DNA of 64,000 nt from Dicyema japonicum (taxonomy: Eukaryota > Animalia > Dicyemida): positions 77,516-141,515 of the forward strand of contig RDEW01000055.1 of assembly GCA_011109175.1 (NCBI GenBank), read 5' to 3'. A program made the translations under genes and the position numbers. A model generated the notes under the pieces. That model saw nothing but the letters and a program-made list of their open reading frames with translations. It made no database searches and had not been told where the DNA came from. Positions 12,600-24,736 of this stretch are shown one piece after another (within the stretch, counting starts at the first letter, position 1; each line of letters opens with the position of its first letter).

Positions 12600-13530
12600 A
12601 AAATTCATTTGTTGGGAATGATGAGGTTACTGAAATAATTGGAATCTCGCTCGGGACAACGAAAAAAGTCTATGCCTTGTGAATATCTATGTTCCACACC
12701 CTGGTCCCTGCCCTAAGAGCTATGTTGTGTCAAAACCATCAAGACTGTCTTAATTCGATGAGATCATAATCTGCAGGGATTTGAATGCGAAGCATCCATT
12801 ATGGCTGTCAACTCAACTAGCTGACACGAGATGAAAACTGTTATCGCAAACGGACTCCCGAACGATGTTGAATGATCCATCGAGAAATACAAGGACACCA
12901 CTCAGAGAGACAGATAAACCTACCTCACAGGACATAACACTCTGCTCATCGTCGCTTTCATCAAAGCGATTGATTGGTCAGTCTTCAAGAAAAAAGAAGC
13001 AACCACATCCGATTGTGGTGAAGATCAAGAGGCCGACGTGATGATACCTAGCAGCTACAATTACAAAGGTGCTAACTGAAAATTGTATCGCTAAATCTCA
13101 GTAGACAAAATAAAAAATTTTTACTTGGATAGATCAGTTTTCTTATCATCAGCTACTTTACCCACATAATCTTGTAAGCAGGATCAAAGACTATACCCAA
13201 ACATCGATTAAATTCGTCGAGTGGTCGTGGGAAGACGACCTTGATTAAAGAAAGAAATCAACTTAAAAAATCTAACGGATCACCTTGAAAATGAAACATA
13301 AAATTCTAACGAAAATTTCACAAAGGAGCACAGCAAGTCGGATACACTATTATCACGCAGAAAACTGAAGAAAGTGTCAGAACCGCTCTTCTTCTTGAAG
13401 AGAGAAGTGAGGACACACTACATTCCACAAAAACAAAATAGTCTTACGAACCAGACAACATTCCGGTTATTCTATTGAAAAAATCTTGGAGACGGGGAAG
13501 TTACTTTCCTAACATCAAAGATGATATTCT
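12600..13530 (+). mobile_element. Ingi/Vingi-like LINE, EN and linker remnant
   Basis: LVNIYVPHP..IICRDLNAKHPLW..MLNDPS..DITL..YNYKGANW motifs, heavily disabled. Confidence 0.7.
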
Positions 13531-13537
13531 GTGATGT

Positions 13538-13833
13538 TAGCCGCGTGGCGCCATGTGGTGCGTGGCTAATTGGTTGAAGTTTCTGTTTGTTCGTCTGTTC
13601 CTCCTCTCTATACCTATTAGGGTGGCATTCATGTGGTGCCCAGTGCTAGGCCGGCACGAAAAAGAATCATTTGCTCTCTCCCATTCCACTGGAGGGGTTT
13701 ACAACAACTGCAAGTATGGACGTCTTTTACCCTTTATGTTGATTCCTGATGGACTCTGTGAAGTGGAAACTGGATACACTTAATTAGTTGTTTACTTTAA
13801 CTTCTTTCTCGGTGTATCCGGGGTTAATAAAAA
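13538..13833 (+). mobile_element. ~300-bp non-autonomous-looking element: hairpin leader plus LINE-type 3' end
   Basis: 5' end matches 50028-50061(-) and 45534-45564(-). 3' end (acttaattagtt..ctcggtgt.tcc.ggggttaataaaa) matches 22400-22470. Confidence 0.55.
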
Positions 13834-13864
13834 ACTTCGATTTTCAACTATTCGATTTTATTAA

Positions 13865-15990
13865 AAAAATTTATTATCATGAATAAAAATTAAATTAAGC
13901 ATCTGAATGGCCATGCTATTTCCCCTAACAATAGCCAACGAGATAACGTTCTCGGAACCAACCAGTCTCTCGCGGATACTTGGTCACAGCTTGAATCATG
14001 GATCCGATCTTACGAACCAACTCATCTGCTTGGGGCCAAGGATTCCTGACGTTTCCACCGCGAATGGAACAAAAAGATACTCCTCCGAAATTCTCTGGTA
14101 CTTCCTCCTCTTTCGTTCCTCGGCCTGCTTTGAAGCATGTCCTGGGTTTGAAGCAGAAGCAACCAAATTAGACGGGGAATAAGTATCGACACACGTCGCG
14201 TCCCAGATCAGGTTTCGTCCGTTGGCGAATAGAAAAGTCGTCATCCCATCAGGGCGTTTTCCATCGTTTCCGGGAAAACCAGCAGGTTCTAACAGGCAAT
14301 GGTGTCCAGCAGAGGCAAGGGAATTCTTTAATGTCATGTTAAGAAAGGAGTGCCTGGGGAAACGACCCGCACTCATCTTGCATTGACAAGGGATGATAAC
14401 CAAAAGGATCGATCCAACGTCCACATCGGCATTTTCTTTCGGCACACAATTTAAGACCAAGACGAAGCGAGGGTAGCTATTCTCACAGCCTCATCATCCA
14501 ACAGGTTTCCAATTTCGGCAGATGGATAAGTGTTCATCCAGGCCCCCGTCGAGTGACAACTGGCTGTTTTGAGGCAGGCAAGCCTTCTTACATCTTCCGT
14601 CTTTTCAAGGGACTCTTTCTTCTTTTCGAAGACACAAAACAAATAGGACTTTTGCTTATCACAATTGACCGGAGCATTCAGGTACAAATTTATCCATTCA
14701 TCCCAGGCTCCCGACGGCGTCAGCGGTACGTTTAGTCCGGAAGTAGAGTGAAGGACTGTTTCCACTATACGCCTTGACGAGCCGAACGAAGATAAATAGG
14801 CGCCCAAAGCAACGTCCGAAGGAAGAGAAAGACCCAACCACCGCAGGCTACAGGGAGTGAGGCCTGTAACCATCCGAAATCATCAAAACGAACATTAAGA
14901 ATGGACCCCATCGTCGACCGGATATCCATATCAATTAACGATAGAAGGTCTTTTTCGGCGTAGCATGGGGATCCCCGTAGAATAAAAAGGAGTTTTGGGA
15001 GAAGGAGACAATTCTTCAGCATAAAAAAGGCAACATGACGGTCCGAAAAACTCATCCTGTCGGCATACTGACGTAAATTAGTCCTCTTGCCTTCCAATAA
15101 CTCCCTCACCCGGTTTACCAAAAGCCCACACCCATGGAAGTCGAAGAATCAATATGAGTTTCCCTAACCCCTGGGATGATATTGCAGAGTTTTCTATGAA
15201 AAATGTAGAATGAATCGGAACTCAAATTCAGATTAATTTTCGCACTTTTCATTGTTAAATTCCAGACCGATTTTTCCACACAAACTTTGGAGAGAGAATA
15301 TCATCGGGACTTCCACCGAGAATACAATCGTCCAGATACCAGACGTTTAGTGGAGTGCAACAGTCTTTGGCAATATGGTCGATAGACAAAGAAATAGAAG
15401 AGGACCGAGTGGGTCCCCCTGTTGAACTCCGGATCCGGATGAAATAATTCACTGCCAAAAACAAGAGGGGATGGATCCGAATACGCGAGATATAAAAGGG
15501 ATAAATCTGAGGAATCCTTCTCCTACAGGTATCAAGACGGTGTCCCTTCTGACTGAATTGAAGGCATTCCGGAGGTCCAATTTGAATAAAACTCTGTCCT
15601 TTAGCATTCAATTCAGCTGATTGTGACGCAAATTCTCTCACTGCGTGGATCCCAGCTTCACAGCCGCCAGTAATTCCGACACCAAACTGCGAAGGACAAA
15701 ATTCGGCTGAAATTCGGGAGATAACAAAACGACAAGCCATTTTTGCGGATAAACGTCGAAATACGTTTCCAATTGCAATGGGGCGAATACCACCATCTTT
15801 CTTTCCAAGGCCCGTTAGATTCGCTGAAAAGAGGAGATTCCGACCAAAATCGGAAACGTTTCCGGAAAGCATGCGAGCTACGAGATCCCGGGTTCGCTCC
15901 AAGAGTAGCGATCCAGGCCTGCCGACAGAATGGGACACCAAGTCTGACAATTCGATTAACCAAAATGTGATAGTTATTATGGAAACAGGC
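13865..15990 (-). mobile_element. CRE-clade non-LTR retrotransposon (RT + restriction-like endonuclease), 5'-truncated
   Basis: KKDGGIRPIAIGNVFRRL, QFGVG..GGCEAGIH, WYLDD; RLE GKRPDG..LIWDATCVDT..AEERKRRKY..FVPFAVETSG. Frameshifted. Confidence 0.9.
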
Positions 15991-16009
15991 ATTAATATGG
16001 CAAATAAGA

Positions 16010-18130
16010 CCTAGAGAATAACTGTATATTGGGAGACGAAGAATATATTGGGAGACGACGATATTACTGAATTCAATGCAGTCTCACTTGGAACAGCAAA
16101 TGTAAAAATTACCTTTGTGAACGTCTATGTGCCCCACCTGGTTCTTGCCCGAAACACTACACTATGCCCAATTTATCCACTTTGGCTTTCTTGAACGACG
16201 TGATCATTGGTGAAGATATCAACGCAAAACACCTTCTATGGCTGGCAAGTCAACCGTCCGATTCACGAGGAAAAGTACTACTTTCGCAGACATGACCTTT
16301 CACGGTCATGAATGACTCATCGAAACATACGAAAACCCACTTTAGGGAGTCAGACCAACTAACTTTTTAGACATCACGCTTTGCTTTCCCGGCCTGACGG
16401 CAACATCGACCTGGTCAGTGACTTACAACTCAACTATTAGAAAGTCCCCAAACAATTCAACTACAAACGCGCAGACTGGAGACTTTACCGTACACTTATT
16501 GAAAACCTACTGCAGGACCTGGATGTCATTATCTCCATGAACAAAGTAGTCGTTATATAAACCGCACTATCTTGGATGCAAAATCAATATATAAACACCA
16601 CCTTAACTACGGCAGGTCAGCATTAATCAAGGAAAGAAACGAACTCAAAAAGTCTGGCCGGTTAACTACTGAGGATAAGCTTAGACTGAAGGCTTTGAAC
16701 AATGAACTAAAAACATGGAGGTAAAAGCACAAATATCAAGATGGAAGCATGTGTTCTCGTTGAATAGAAATAGACTGCTGAAATTTGGAAGACCATCCGA
16801 GACGCCTCAAGAGAGGATGAAAGATCATTCGAGGTGGATCACAGCCAAAAAGACTAAAATAACCTAAAAAACTATGTGTAAATACCCATAAGACCATAGG
16901 AAGTCGGATGTACCCCCGAAATATCTCAGTAAACCGAAAAAGAAACCAGATATGATTTACTTCACTGAAAACAACGTGAGAAATGTATTGAAAGCCATTA
17001 AAATAACATATTCTAACGTACCGGATAAAATCCCAATGATCCTCCTAAAGAATCCTGGGGACTATGGAATCATTGCATTAACGATGATATTCAACCACAC
17101 TATTAACAAAAATTCTATTCCAGCCTTATGGAAGCTTTCCCATCTACCTTCAATTTTAAAACCCGGTAAAGTGAAGAAGGACCCGGCTTCATACAGACCG
17201 GTTGCGTATTGTGTTCGGTGTCGAAAATTCTGGAAAGGCTGGTTCTTGCAAAAATCAAAAATTTTCTCCCGGATTTGTTATTTCAACATGGTTTTTAAGA
17301 CCCACTTATCTGCATTGACAAACTTTATACGATATGGTTTCTCGCACAGGCCAGGACACATAAAGACTGTACTTTGCACCATAAAAATCCACAAAGCTTT
17401 TGACTCTGTGTCAAAGAGGATTATTACTTGGAAAATTTACCAAACAAAAATACCTGGAAAGCTTATACTCTGGCTAGCTAACTTCGGAGGGCACGCGTCT
17501 GCATTAGACAGTCAAGATCCATTTCTCGGCTTCTTCCTAATGGTGTTCCCCAAGGATCCGCTTTGTCTCCAGTATTATTCAACCTATTCATGGTGGACCT
17601 CCCAACTCCGGACGCCAAAAATGATATTATCTTGACTTATACTGACGATATTATAATTGAGTCACGTGATCAGAACGTCCAGATCGCCACTTCGAGATTG
17701 CAACAAAATCTGGATCGTTTTGACGAGTGGCTATCGAAGAATCGTCTAACTGTCAGCAGTGAGAAGTCCGTCGCAACCCTATTTACTTCAAACAAGAGAC
17801 TGGGAAGACGGAAGGGAAAACTGAAGGCAAACAATGAAGCTATTCCTTTAAGAAGATCTCAAAAGATGATTGGGGTGACTTTTGACATGCATATGTCAGT
17901 CTTGCCCCATGTTAAGAACTTCATAAAAAATGCGAAAAGAAAACTAATGTTTTGAAATGCCTCACAGGCTTATGGAAGATCTGAAATACTGTTTTGAGTA
18001 CTATATACAAACAATACATTGAACCATGCATCTCTTACCCATGTGGTATCTGAGGCCCACTCATCTCTTGAACAAATGTCTTTAAGATTGAGGCTAGCCG
18101 TAAAAGAACCTGGATTTATGGAAGTTCCAG
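16010..18130 (+). mobile_element. Ingi/Vingi-like LINE, EN-RT (degraded)
   Basis: FVNVYVPH, PDKIPMILLK, ILKPGK..DPASYRP, KAFDSV, LTYTDD, IGVTFD. Confidence 0.8.
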
Positions 18131-18179
18131 TCACCAATGGCTCTTGAAGCCATGATACGAATGAACCGTTGAACGCACC

Positions 18180-18320
18180 CTCGTGACTGCGAAGATCCAG
18201 TCACTCGACCGATACGTGCTTGTGTGGGGTCGAGGGAGAAGCATCGTGCAAAGATGATGTCCCTGCTAGAACGTGCTGGATCACGTGATAGTTAGTTTGT
18301 GTAACCGTGGTCTCTGGTGT
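18180..18320 (+). repeat. Unclassified dispersed repeat, copy 1
   Basis: Shares cgtgact..agatc.agtca.tcg.c.gatacgtgcttgtgtggggt.gaggga with 51300-51418(-). Confidence 0.5.
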
Positions 18321-18337
18321 TATTATCATTATTGGAT

Positions 18338-18640
18338 GACGACGCGACTAGGATTGGGGTTTCCGTCCGCCTCGGAATAGATGTTTGCACGATCCATCCC
18401 TGTAGGTGCGTAAGATTGTCGACGCAGAAGGTCTTCAAACTCTTTCTTGCCGGAAGAGAGCTGGAAGGAGTCTAAGACACGCCGCAATCAACGGAGTTAT
18501 TGCTTAGGGACTTGAAGCTGTTGGATTTTCTGTCCAATTTGAGCCGCTCGGAATCACCTCAGCTAACCAAAGACCGTACGGAACAACTCTCTTCCGATGG
18601 GAAAGCGGTAGATACCTTGCCTGGTACCTGTGTGGATAAT
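18338..18640 (+). mobile_element. CRE-clade zinc-finger/RLE fragment
   Basis: DDDATRIGVSVRLG..HPCRC..VDAEGL..LSC..RHAAIN..RP.G. Confidence 0.75.
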
Positions 18641-19354
18641 ATGCATGATTGGTTTATACTTGTATATAATATACAAATTATTTATTGACAAGAACGTAAT
18701 ACTTTATTACTTTCAAATATTATGCCTAAGGACTTTGAGTTCTCTGACTATACAACACCATATTTAAAGTAGGAAAAATGACCAATGAACCAGCAATGAG
18801 AGCATACAGAGTGGAATCCTTAAAAGAACATCGAGAAAAAATGAGGTTATTGGATTTGTCTATTTTCTCTAATTTATCCAAAGTCCCACCAAATAAATAA
18901 AACCGGTAATAGAAAAGTAGCAACCAAAGAGGGCATTTGTAGATGGCCAATTTCTGAGTCAGTAGAAAATTGGTGGAAAGAATTGTAGAATTTCCTGACC
19001 AGGGTAGTAAGTCGAAACAGAAACATCCACAAAAGAGGAGATTCTAAGGCTATCAAATTTTATAGAAGGCATATCTAGTTTTCAAACGGAGTTGTCAAAT
19101 TAATCAATAAGACCACCACTGCTGAATTGAATAAAGTACTTCTTCATTCGATCAATGGACTCTCTGCGAAAGCAACAGGACGCAGACTATGGGGGTAAAT
19201 GATTGTTTGTCCAACAATATATTTTATGAGTCAAAGGTCGGCTTTTAAGGTCCGTTGATGAGAAATGAGCCCTGAGAGAGCACTAATTTTGTGCGAACAG
19301 TCCTCTTGAGAGAAAGGATTTTATCCTCTTTATTATTCTGGATTTTGTTTTTAT

Positions 19355-19715
19355 ATTATAAGCACTTCGAGAAATAATTTCTAGATTATTCTTGTGCCAC
19401 CCGACAGATCAACTAACAGACGCCCATGTCCCGTACCCTTTTTCGTAGGTTATCGAGATCTTGTTTTGTTTACCATTTATTTTTGTTATGTCGGCGTTGA
19501 GAACAGCAGAAATGGTTATTCTTAGCCTTCTTCGGAATTTATGGAATTGTTCCGTGAAATACACTTCCATCGCATAATTCGATGGAAGTGTATGATCAAT
19601 GTATGTGTCCGATATGTTTCCATCGACATTCGAAGATTTTTTGGTTTTTAATTTGAGAATATTGATGCGAGGAAAAAGCCCAGTCACAAATTTGTACATG
19701 TCGGTGTTGAACAAA
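19355..19715 (-). mobile_element. RTE 3' fragment
   Basis: PSNYAMEVYF..KFRRRLRITISAVLNADI followed by the gtgcttataat tail motif. Confidence 0.7.
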
Positions 19716-20198
19716 TTTTAATTTTATCAACTCATTGTACTAGGAAAACTGATTTTCTGAGTTTTTGTGAAAGTTTGGATATCAAAAGTTGAAATAATAG
19801 TTTATTGTAATTACATGGTGACTCATCATTTCAAAGTAATTTAGTCATAATCGATTATAATAAGCATGGAAAAACAATAAAATTAAATAGGTTGACCCAA
19901 ATATAAATGGTAAAACTCATAACAATGATCATTAAAGTGGTATTTACCATTAAATTATATTATTAACCATAAAGTCCCAATATGAGCAATAGTTTTGTTA
20001 AATTAATAAGATAATATAACTATTACATAACAATATATTATGAAAATATGACGTAATAGTGAATTATTTAAGGAAATTATGCATTAATACATTTTTAATA
20101 AATCTGTTGAATTAAAATAAAAAATTATTAAAAAATATTAAAATTTAATAATAATAATTAAAGGTAATTTAAAATAAATTGATCGGCACGTGAGGAAT

Positions 20199-21976
20199 AT
20201 GGTCGAGTCGGACGTTAATTCTAATGAGAATAATAGTAATGGAAATAGTAAAATAAAAAATACAAGTCAAAATAATACAGCGTCAGTGTCATCCCCCACT
20301 CAAATAGAACAGACAAGTCTCAAGATGTGGGGAATTTCAGATGTTGTCTCTGATATTTTCCAGCATTTTTTTGACTCAGGTATGATAATATTGATTCGAA
20401 GGGAAATTAAAGTTTTCTGAGTTTGATGCACGTGCTATTGATGCATTCAAAAGTTTATCAGTGAGGGATGCTGAGGGTGTAGCAGGGATGTTTGAGACAA
20501 GTGATCTAAGTCATATATCGAATAAGAGTGCCCATTTGTGCACATCTATAAGATATGTAAGAGAGAGGAGGAAGAACAACGTAGTACTAAGTAATAATGA
20601 CGTGTGTAAACCAGATGAGGATAAAATGAATGTACATATATATATAATCATAGGCCATAATAAATAGGACTGGTTATCCCTATGAGAGGACTAGTGGTCA
20701 ACGGAGATATGGTCCTTCACCTTCCATCACTCAAGTACCTGCAGCTGTTGGACATGAGGTACTATTAACTTGTTATCTTGATTTACATTGGATCTATTCC
20801 ATATTCAGTGTGTGAGGACACTCTTATTCCAATGATGGAGAAGTGTGGGACAATATATGATCTAAGAATGATGTTGGATGCTGCTACTGGCAGAAATAAG
20901 GGGTTTTGTTTCGTCACTTTTGTTGAAGATGACGCAGTAGACAAGGCTGTCAAAAAGGTTGCATTAATATGACATTTCAGTACAATGGGACTGAACTTAG
21001 ACCAGGAATGAAGATTAGAGTGAATCCTTCTATTCCTAATCTTAAAATATCCATCTCTAATCTCCCATCTGATAAAACCACTAATGAATTGGTGGATGAA
21101 TTTTCTAAACTTTTTGGTTAATTTGTTTTACTAATAATAGATGGAGTCAAGAATGCTGATATTACTGGAGAAGGGTGTTGTATTCTTGAGTTTGATAGAC
21201 ACAAGAATGCTTCTTCTGCCAGAAGGAAGTTAGTCTCAGGACGAGTAAGGCCATTTGACGAATCGGTGTCTGTTGATTGGTTTATCTCCCCCGAGGAATC
21301 ATCGGAGGATGATGTAATGTTTGTGTTATTGCAGATTAAAGTGTTGTTTGTGAGGAATATTGACCCTGATATGACGGATGATGAATTTTCATGCATATTT
21401 TCAAAATATGGGATTGTAATGAGGATAAACAGATTTGATAATTATTTATTTGTCCATTTTGCTGATAGAAAGAGTGCCGAGAAGGCGTTATCAAAGATGG
21501 ACAAAAAGGTTGTTGTGTTGCTCATTGTAGTTTGTTGGTTGTAGAGAAATTGATGTTTCGTTTGCCAAATGTCAGAAGAAGGACAGGAGGGATAAGCAAT
21601 ACAATAGACCAACGAGGTTAATTTATTATTTATTATAGTCATTATTTTGATTCACCAATCAATTTTAATAATAATTATGGAATGTACCCAATCTCACCTA
21701 TTATTGATGGGAGTTTGTCACAAATTCCTTGTATTTTATTTATTTATTACAGATTACTATTACTTTCCTGTCCCATCTGAACAATGTTGGATGTATGATA
21801 ATGGAATCATACCTGTTCACTTTTATGACTATTATGGAATGCCTCTACCATATTATCCAATGAGAATACCTGATGATACTGACGGAACAAGGACTATCAG
21901 ACACAATGGGAATCAGGATTATAGTAATGGTGGACACTCAAATAAGGACCAATTTGGGACTGATAAGAAGATGTAA
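20199..21976 (+). CDS. hnRNP Q/R (SYNCRIP-like), three RRMs, 9 introns of 21-24 nt
   Basis: Spliced protein RTGYPYERTSGQRRYGP..IYIGSIP..YDLRMMLD..NKGFCFVTF..ARRKLVSGRV..VDW..IKVLFVRNI..YLFVHF. Introns 20380-20401, 20632-20653, 20759-20780 (GT..TG), 20958-20980, 21117-21140, 21314-21334, 21509-21530, 21617-21638, 21731-21752. Confidence 0.92.
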
Positions 21977-22184
21977 AGACTATTTTTGATCGTATATTTC
22001 GTGACTTAGTTAAACATTTAATTATAAAATTGCTTTTGGGCGTATTGAGTGGAATCTTAGGAATGTTGTGGCTAGTTAAGATTACTTTTTATTAATATAT
22101 CACGTCGGCGTGGTACATTGAAACCACTTAATTGTCATTTATTCATGGCTGTTTTACATTTTGACATATTTTTGTTATTAATCC

Positions 22185-22470
22185 GTCAATATGTCTCCAT
22201 CGAACCAACCTTCTCTTTCGGGATCCTCGATGCAAAGGAATGGCTCAGAATCCCTCCAGTTCTATCGACAACCAGAAATCCATTATGTTCATCCGTGTCA
22301 CGATTTGGAAAATCTTCCTCTAACATTCGTCCCTCATCGACTTGTAGGCACAAGCGTTGTGGTCCCTCGATGAATGCAAGACGAAAATGGCAAGGAGGAT
22401 AAGTGGAACCACTATTACTTAATTAGTTCGGTTACTATTAATCTCGGTGTCTCCTGGGTTTATAAAATAA
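22185..22470 (+). mobile_element. LINE 3' end, same type as 13640-13833
   Basis: Short ORF tail, then aagtggaa..acttaattagtt..ctcggtgtctcctgggtttataaaa. Confidence 0.5.
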
Positions 22471-22711
22471 GGTATAAGGAATAAATGCAAGTAGCAGTCA
22501 TATGGAAGACTTGTTTTCATATAATAATATAACTGATAAGAGTGGTGGTCTATGTACAAATTTAATTGTGATGCCTATTTCCGCTGAACATAGTGAATCA
22601 TTTCCTTTGGACCCACGAATGAATAGAGAAAATAATGTAGAGGGATGTTACAGGAAATTTATAGTGGATTTGTGGGATATCTAACTTTATTGATTATTTC
22701 TCGATAAGACA

Positions 22712-23200
22712 TTATTATTAAAGCATCATAAACAATAATAGCTATATCCGAGTTGGAAACTATCAATTTTACTGGTTCCACACTCCGAAGTCGTCCGCTA
22801 CCTCTCTCAAATTTCATTTTTCTTTTGACTTGAGATCAGAATATGTATTAAAGAAATGCGACTCTTGGGAGTCCAAAGAAACGTGATCCAGTTTCAATGA
22901 AGTACTCCTCTATCGCTATATTAGCTGGGTATCCTTTTTCAATCTCAATATACTCCTGAAGAGCTTCCATCTCAAATCCGTGATCTCGAGACTCAAAGAA
23001 CCAATGGAGCAAACAATATAAAAGCATTCTTGTTTTTTCTTAATTAATCCGAGCATTGTCCCAAGTTGCCTTCGATGAAACGAATACATCCCCTGTTCCT
23101 CAGCCTTTGTCTAGGTTGATGAATCATATAATAACACTGATTTAACAAATCATTGTATAGTCGGGATGATATATTTGATAGTCTTCTTTCAATACAGTTC
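22712..23200 (-). mobile_element. RTE 3' fragment with (TAA)n tail
   Basis: RWKL...PANIAIEEYF on minus strand, ending gctttaataataat. Confidence 0.75.
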
Positions 23201-23204
23201 TTTT

Positions 23205-24500
23205 AACTGTTTAGCGTAGCTGTAGCCAGAGTCTTCTAATCATGTACTCACTATTCCAAGTGAGGACCCTAGCTTATTGGTCTTCCTCCATAACTGATCT
23301 ACTTTTTATCCTTCTGATATCCACTACTTCCGTGTCGTAAACATTCATCGTTAGGCACCATTTCTCAAGTTCATTAAGAGCTGCTTCAAATAAGCGAATA
23401 AGAACTGATCTATCTCTAGATATGAACTTGTGTTGCGATTTTCGGAGGTCGTCTAAGTCATCAGCATTTTCTAGTCGCATTTTGACACCTTTAGGTCATT
23501 CTTTGTAGTCAATGGAAGAGCTGCCCGTGTTAAATGGGCTGGTACTTAGGAAATACGATTCCATGATGTCACTTGCTGAGCAGCAGGATCAATTCTCAAG
23601 ATGTGTCCAAATAGTCCCCATCGAGTGTTTCTTATAGTGGTCCCTAAGTTTTCAGATTACAGATATTGTATAGGTTCTGGTTGCTATACCTTCGGATAGC
23701 GTATGTCCAATAGGGATTTCAGTTGTTTTCTGTGAAAAGCATTCTTGCAAGTTTAATTCAAACCCCTGCGTATCTCAGTTTTATAGCAAAATAGGCAGAA
23801 TAAATGCATTTATATAAAAAATATTCTATTACATTTTCTTTCGCTGAACATCTTCCCAATCACCGAGTAGTGAGTCGACTTTCTTTGTTCTCCATTTCTC
23901 ATCTGTCAATTGAAAGTTGTGATCTCAGTCTTTTGTTAGTTCATTTTCAGAAACCATCCCGCGAATTATCTGGGAGAATGGTTTAGATTAGTCCTGATCT
24001 CTTTTATGTCCTCCGAAGTAAGTTCTACGTCATCCGAGTAAATTAGTTCTTTGATCGAAGTCGGCTCAGTTTTGGTTCTTAGCTCAGGAAAGGCAGCTTC
24101 CAGATAACAAATAGTAGTGATGATGAATAATCTCCCTGAGGAGTGCCAATATGTGTCTCAAATTTACGGGATCGCTCTGAACCGACCCAGACTTGTATTT
24201 CAATGTTCGTAAGTAGGACCCGGATTATCCTTTGATTTTCCTCAACATACCAACAACATTAGTTCCCTTCTGCGTACAGTATCGAACGCCTGGGAAAGAT
24301 CCACTACGTGGCACATATCCATCTATGTGTCCATAGATATTCGCCGTGGACCTTCCTCTTTTGAATCCACTTTGGCTCAAAGACAGATATTTGTCAACAG
24401 TAGGAGAAATCTTATCCAGAACAATCAGAGATATTAGTTTCCGTAGAGCTGTCAAGATTATAGGCCTGAGATTTTCTATTTGCCAACCGACTTCCCAGGT
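23205..24500 (-). mobile_element. RTE RT region with large deletions
   Basis: KPGSRLAN.RP..LTALRKLISL..YLSLSQSGFKRGRSTA; C-terminal MRLENADDLDDLR. Confidence 0.8.
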
Positions 24501-24508
24501 TTCTGCAT

Positions 24509-24575
24509 AAGTATACCATCCGTCCTGGATTAGCCGAGACAGTCCCGGATTTTGTTGCGGATTTAAGTGTCCCGG
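24509..24575. mobile_element. Possible hAT-Blackjack-type terminus
   Basis: taagtataccatccgtcctggattagccgagacagtcccggatttt resembles the recalled TAGGGTGACCA.CCGTCCCGG..GGGACTGTCCCGG end; no partner end found. Confidence 0.4.
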
Positions 24576-24736
24576 AATGTCCCTGTTATTTACTATTAAT
24601 GTGGGAATGGAAAACTACTCGAATAATTGCGAATTAACTTGGATGCATGTTTGTTTAATGAGAAGAGTATTCAAATTCCTAATTTTATTAAAATTATCAA
24701 ATATGTTTTTGCTTATTTGGCACTACTGCTCCTGTA

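Noticed and set aside
13538-13620. HDV-like ribozyme in the hairpin leader
   Set aside because: Only 13 nt lie between the P1 arms, too few for P2/P3/L3, and the GG after P1 is missing.
18165-18260. 5S rRNA gene or 5S-derived SINE
   Set aside because: Only scattered short matches (cgttgaacgcacc, cttg, tggg). The second copy lacks the upstream match and no box A or box C is convincing.
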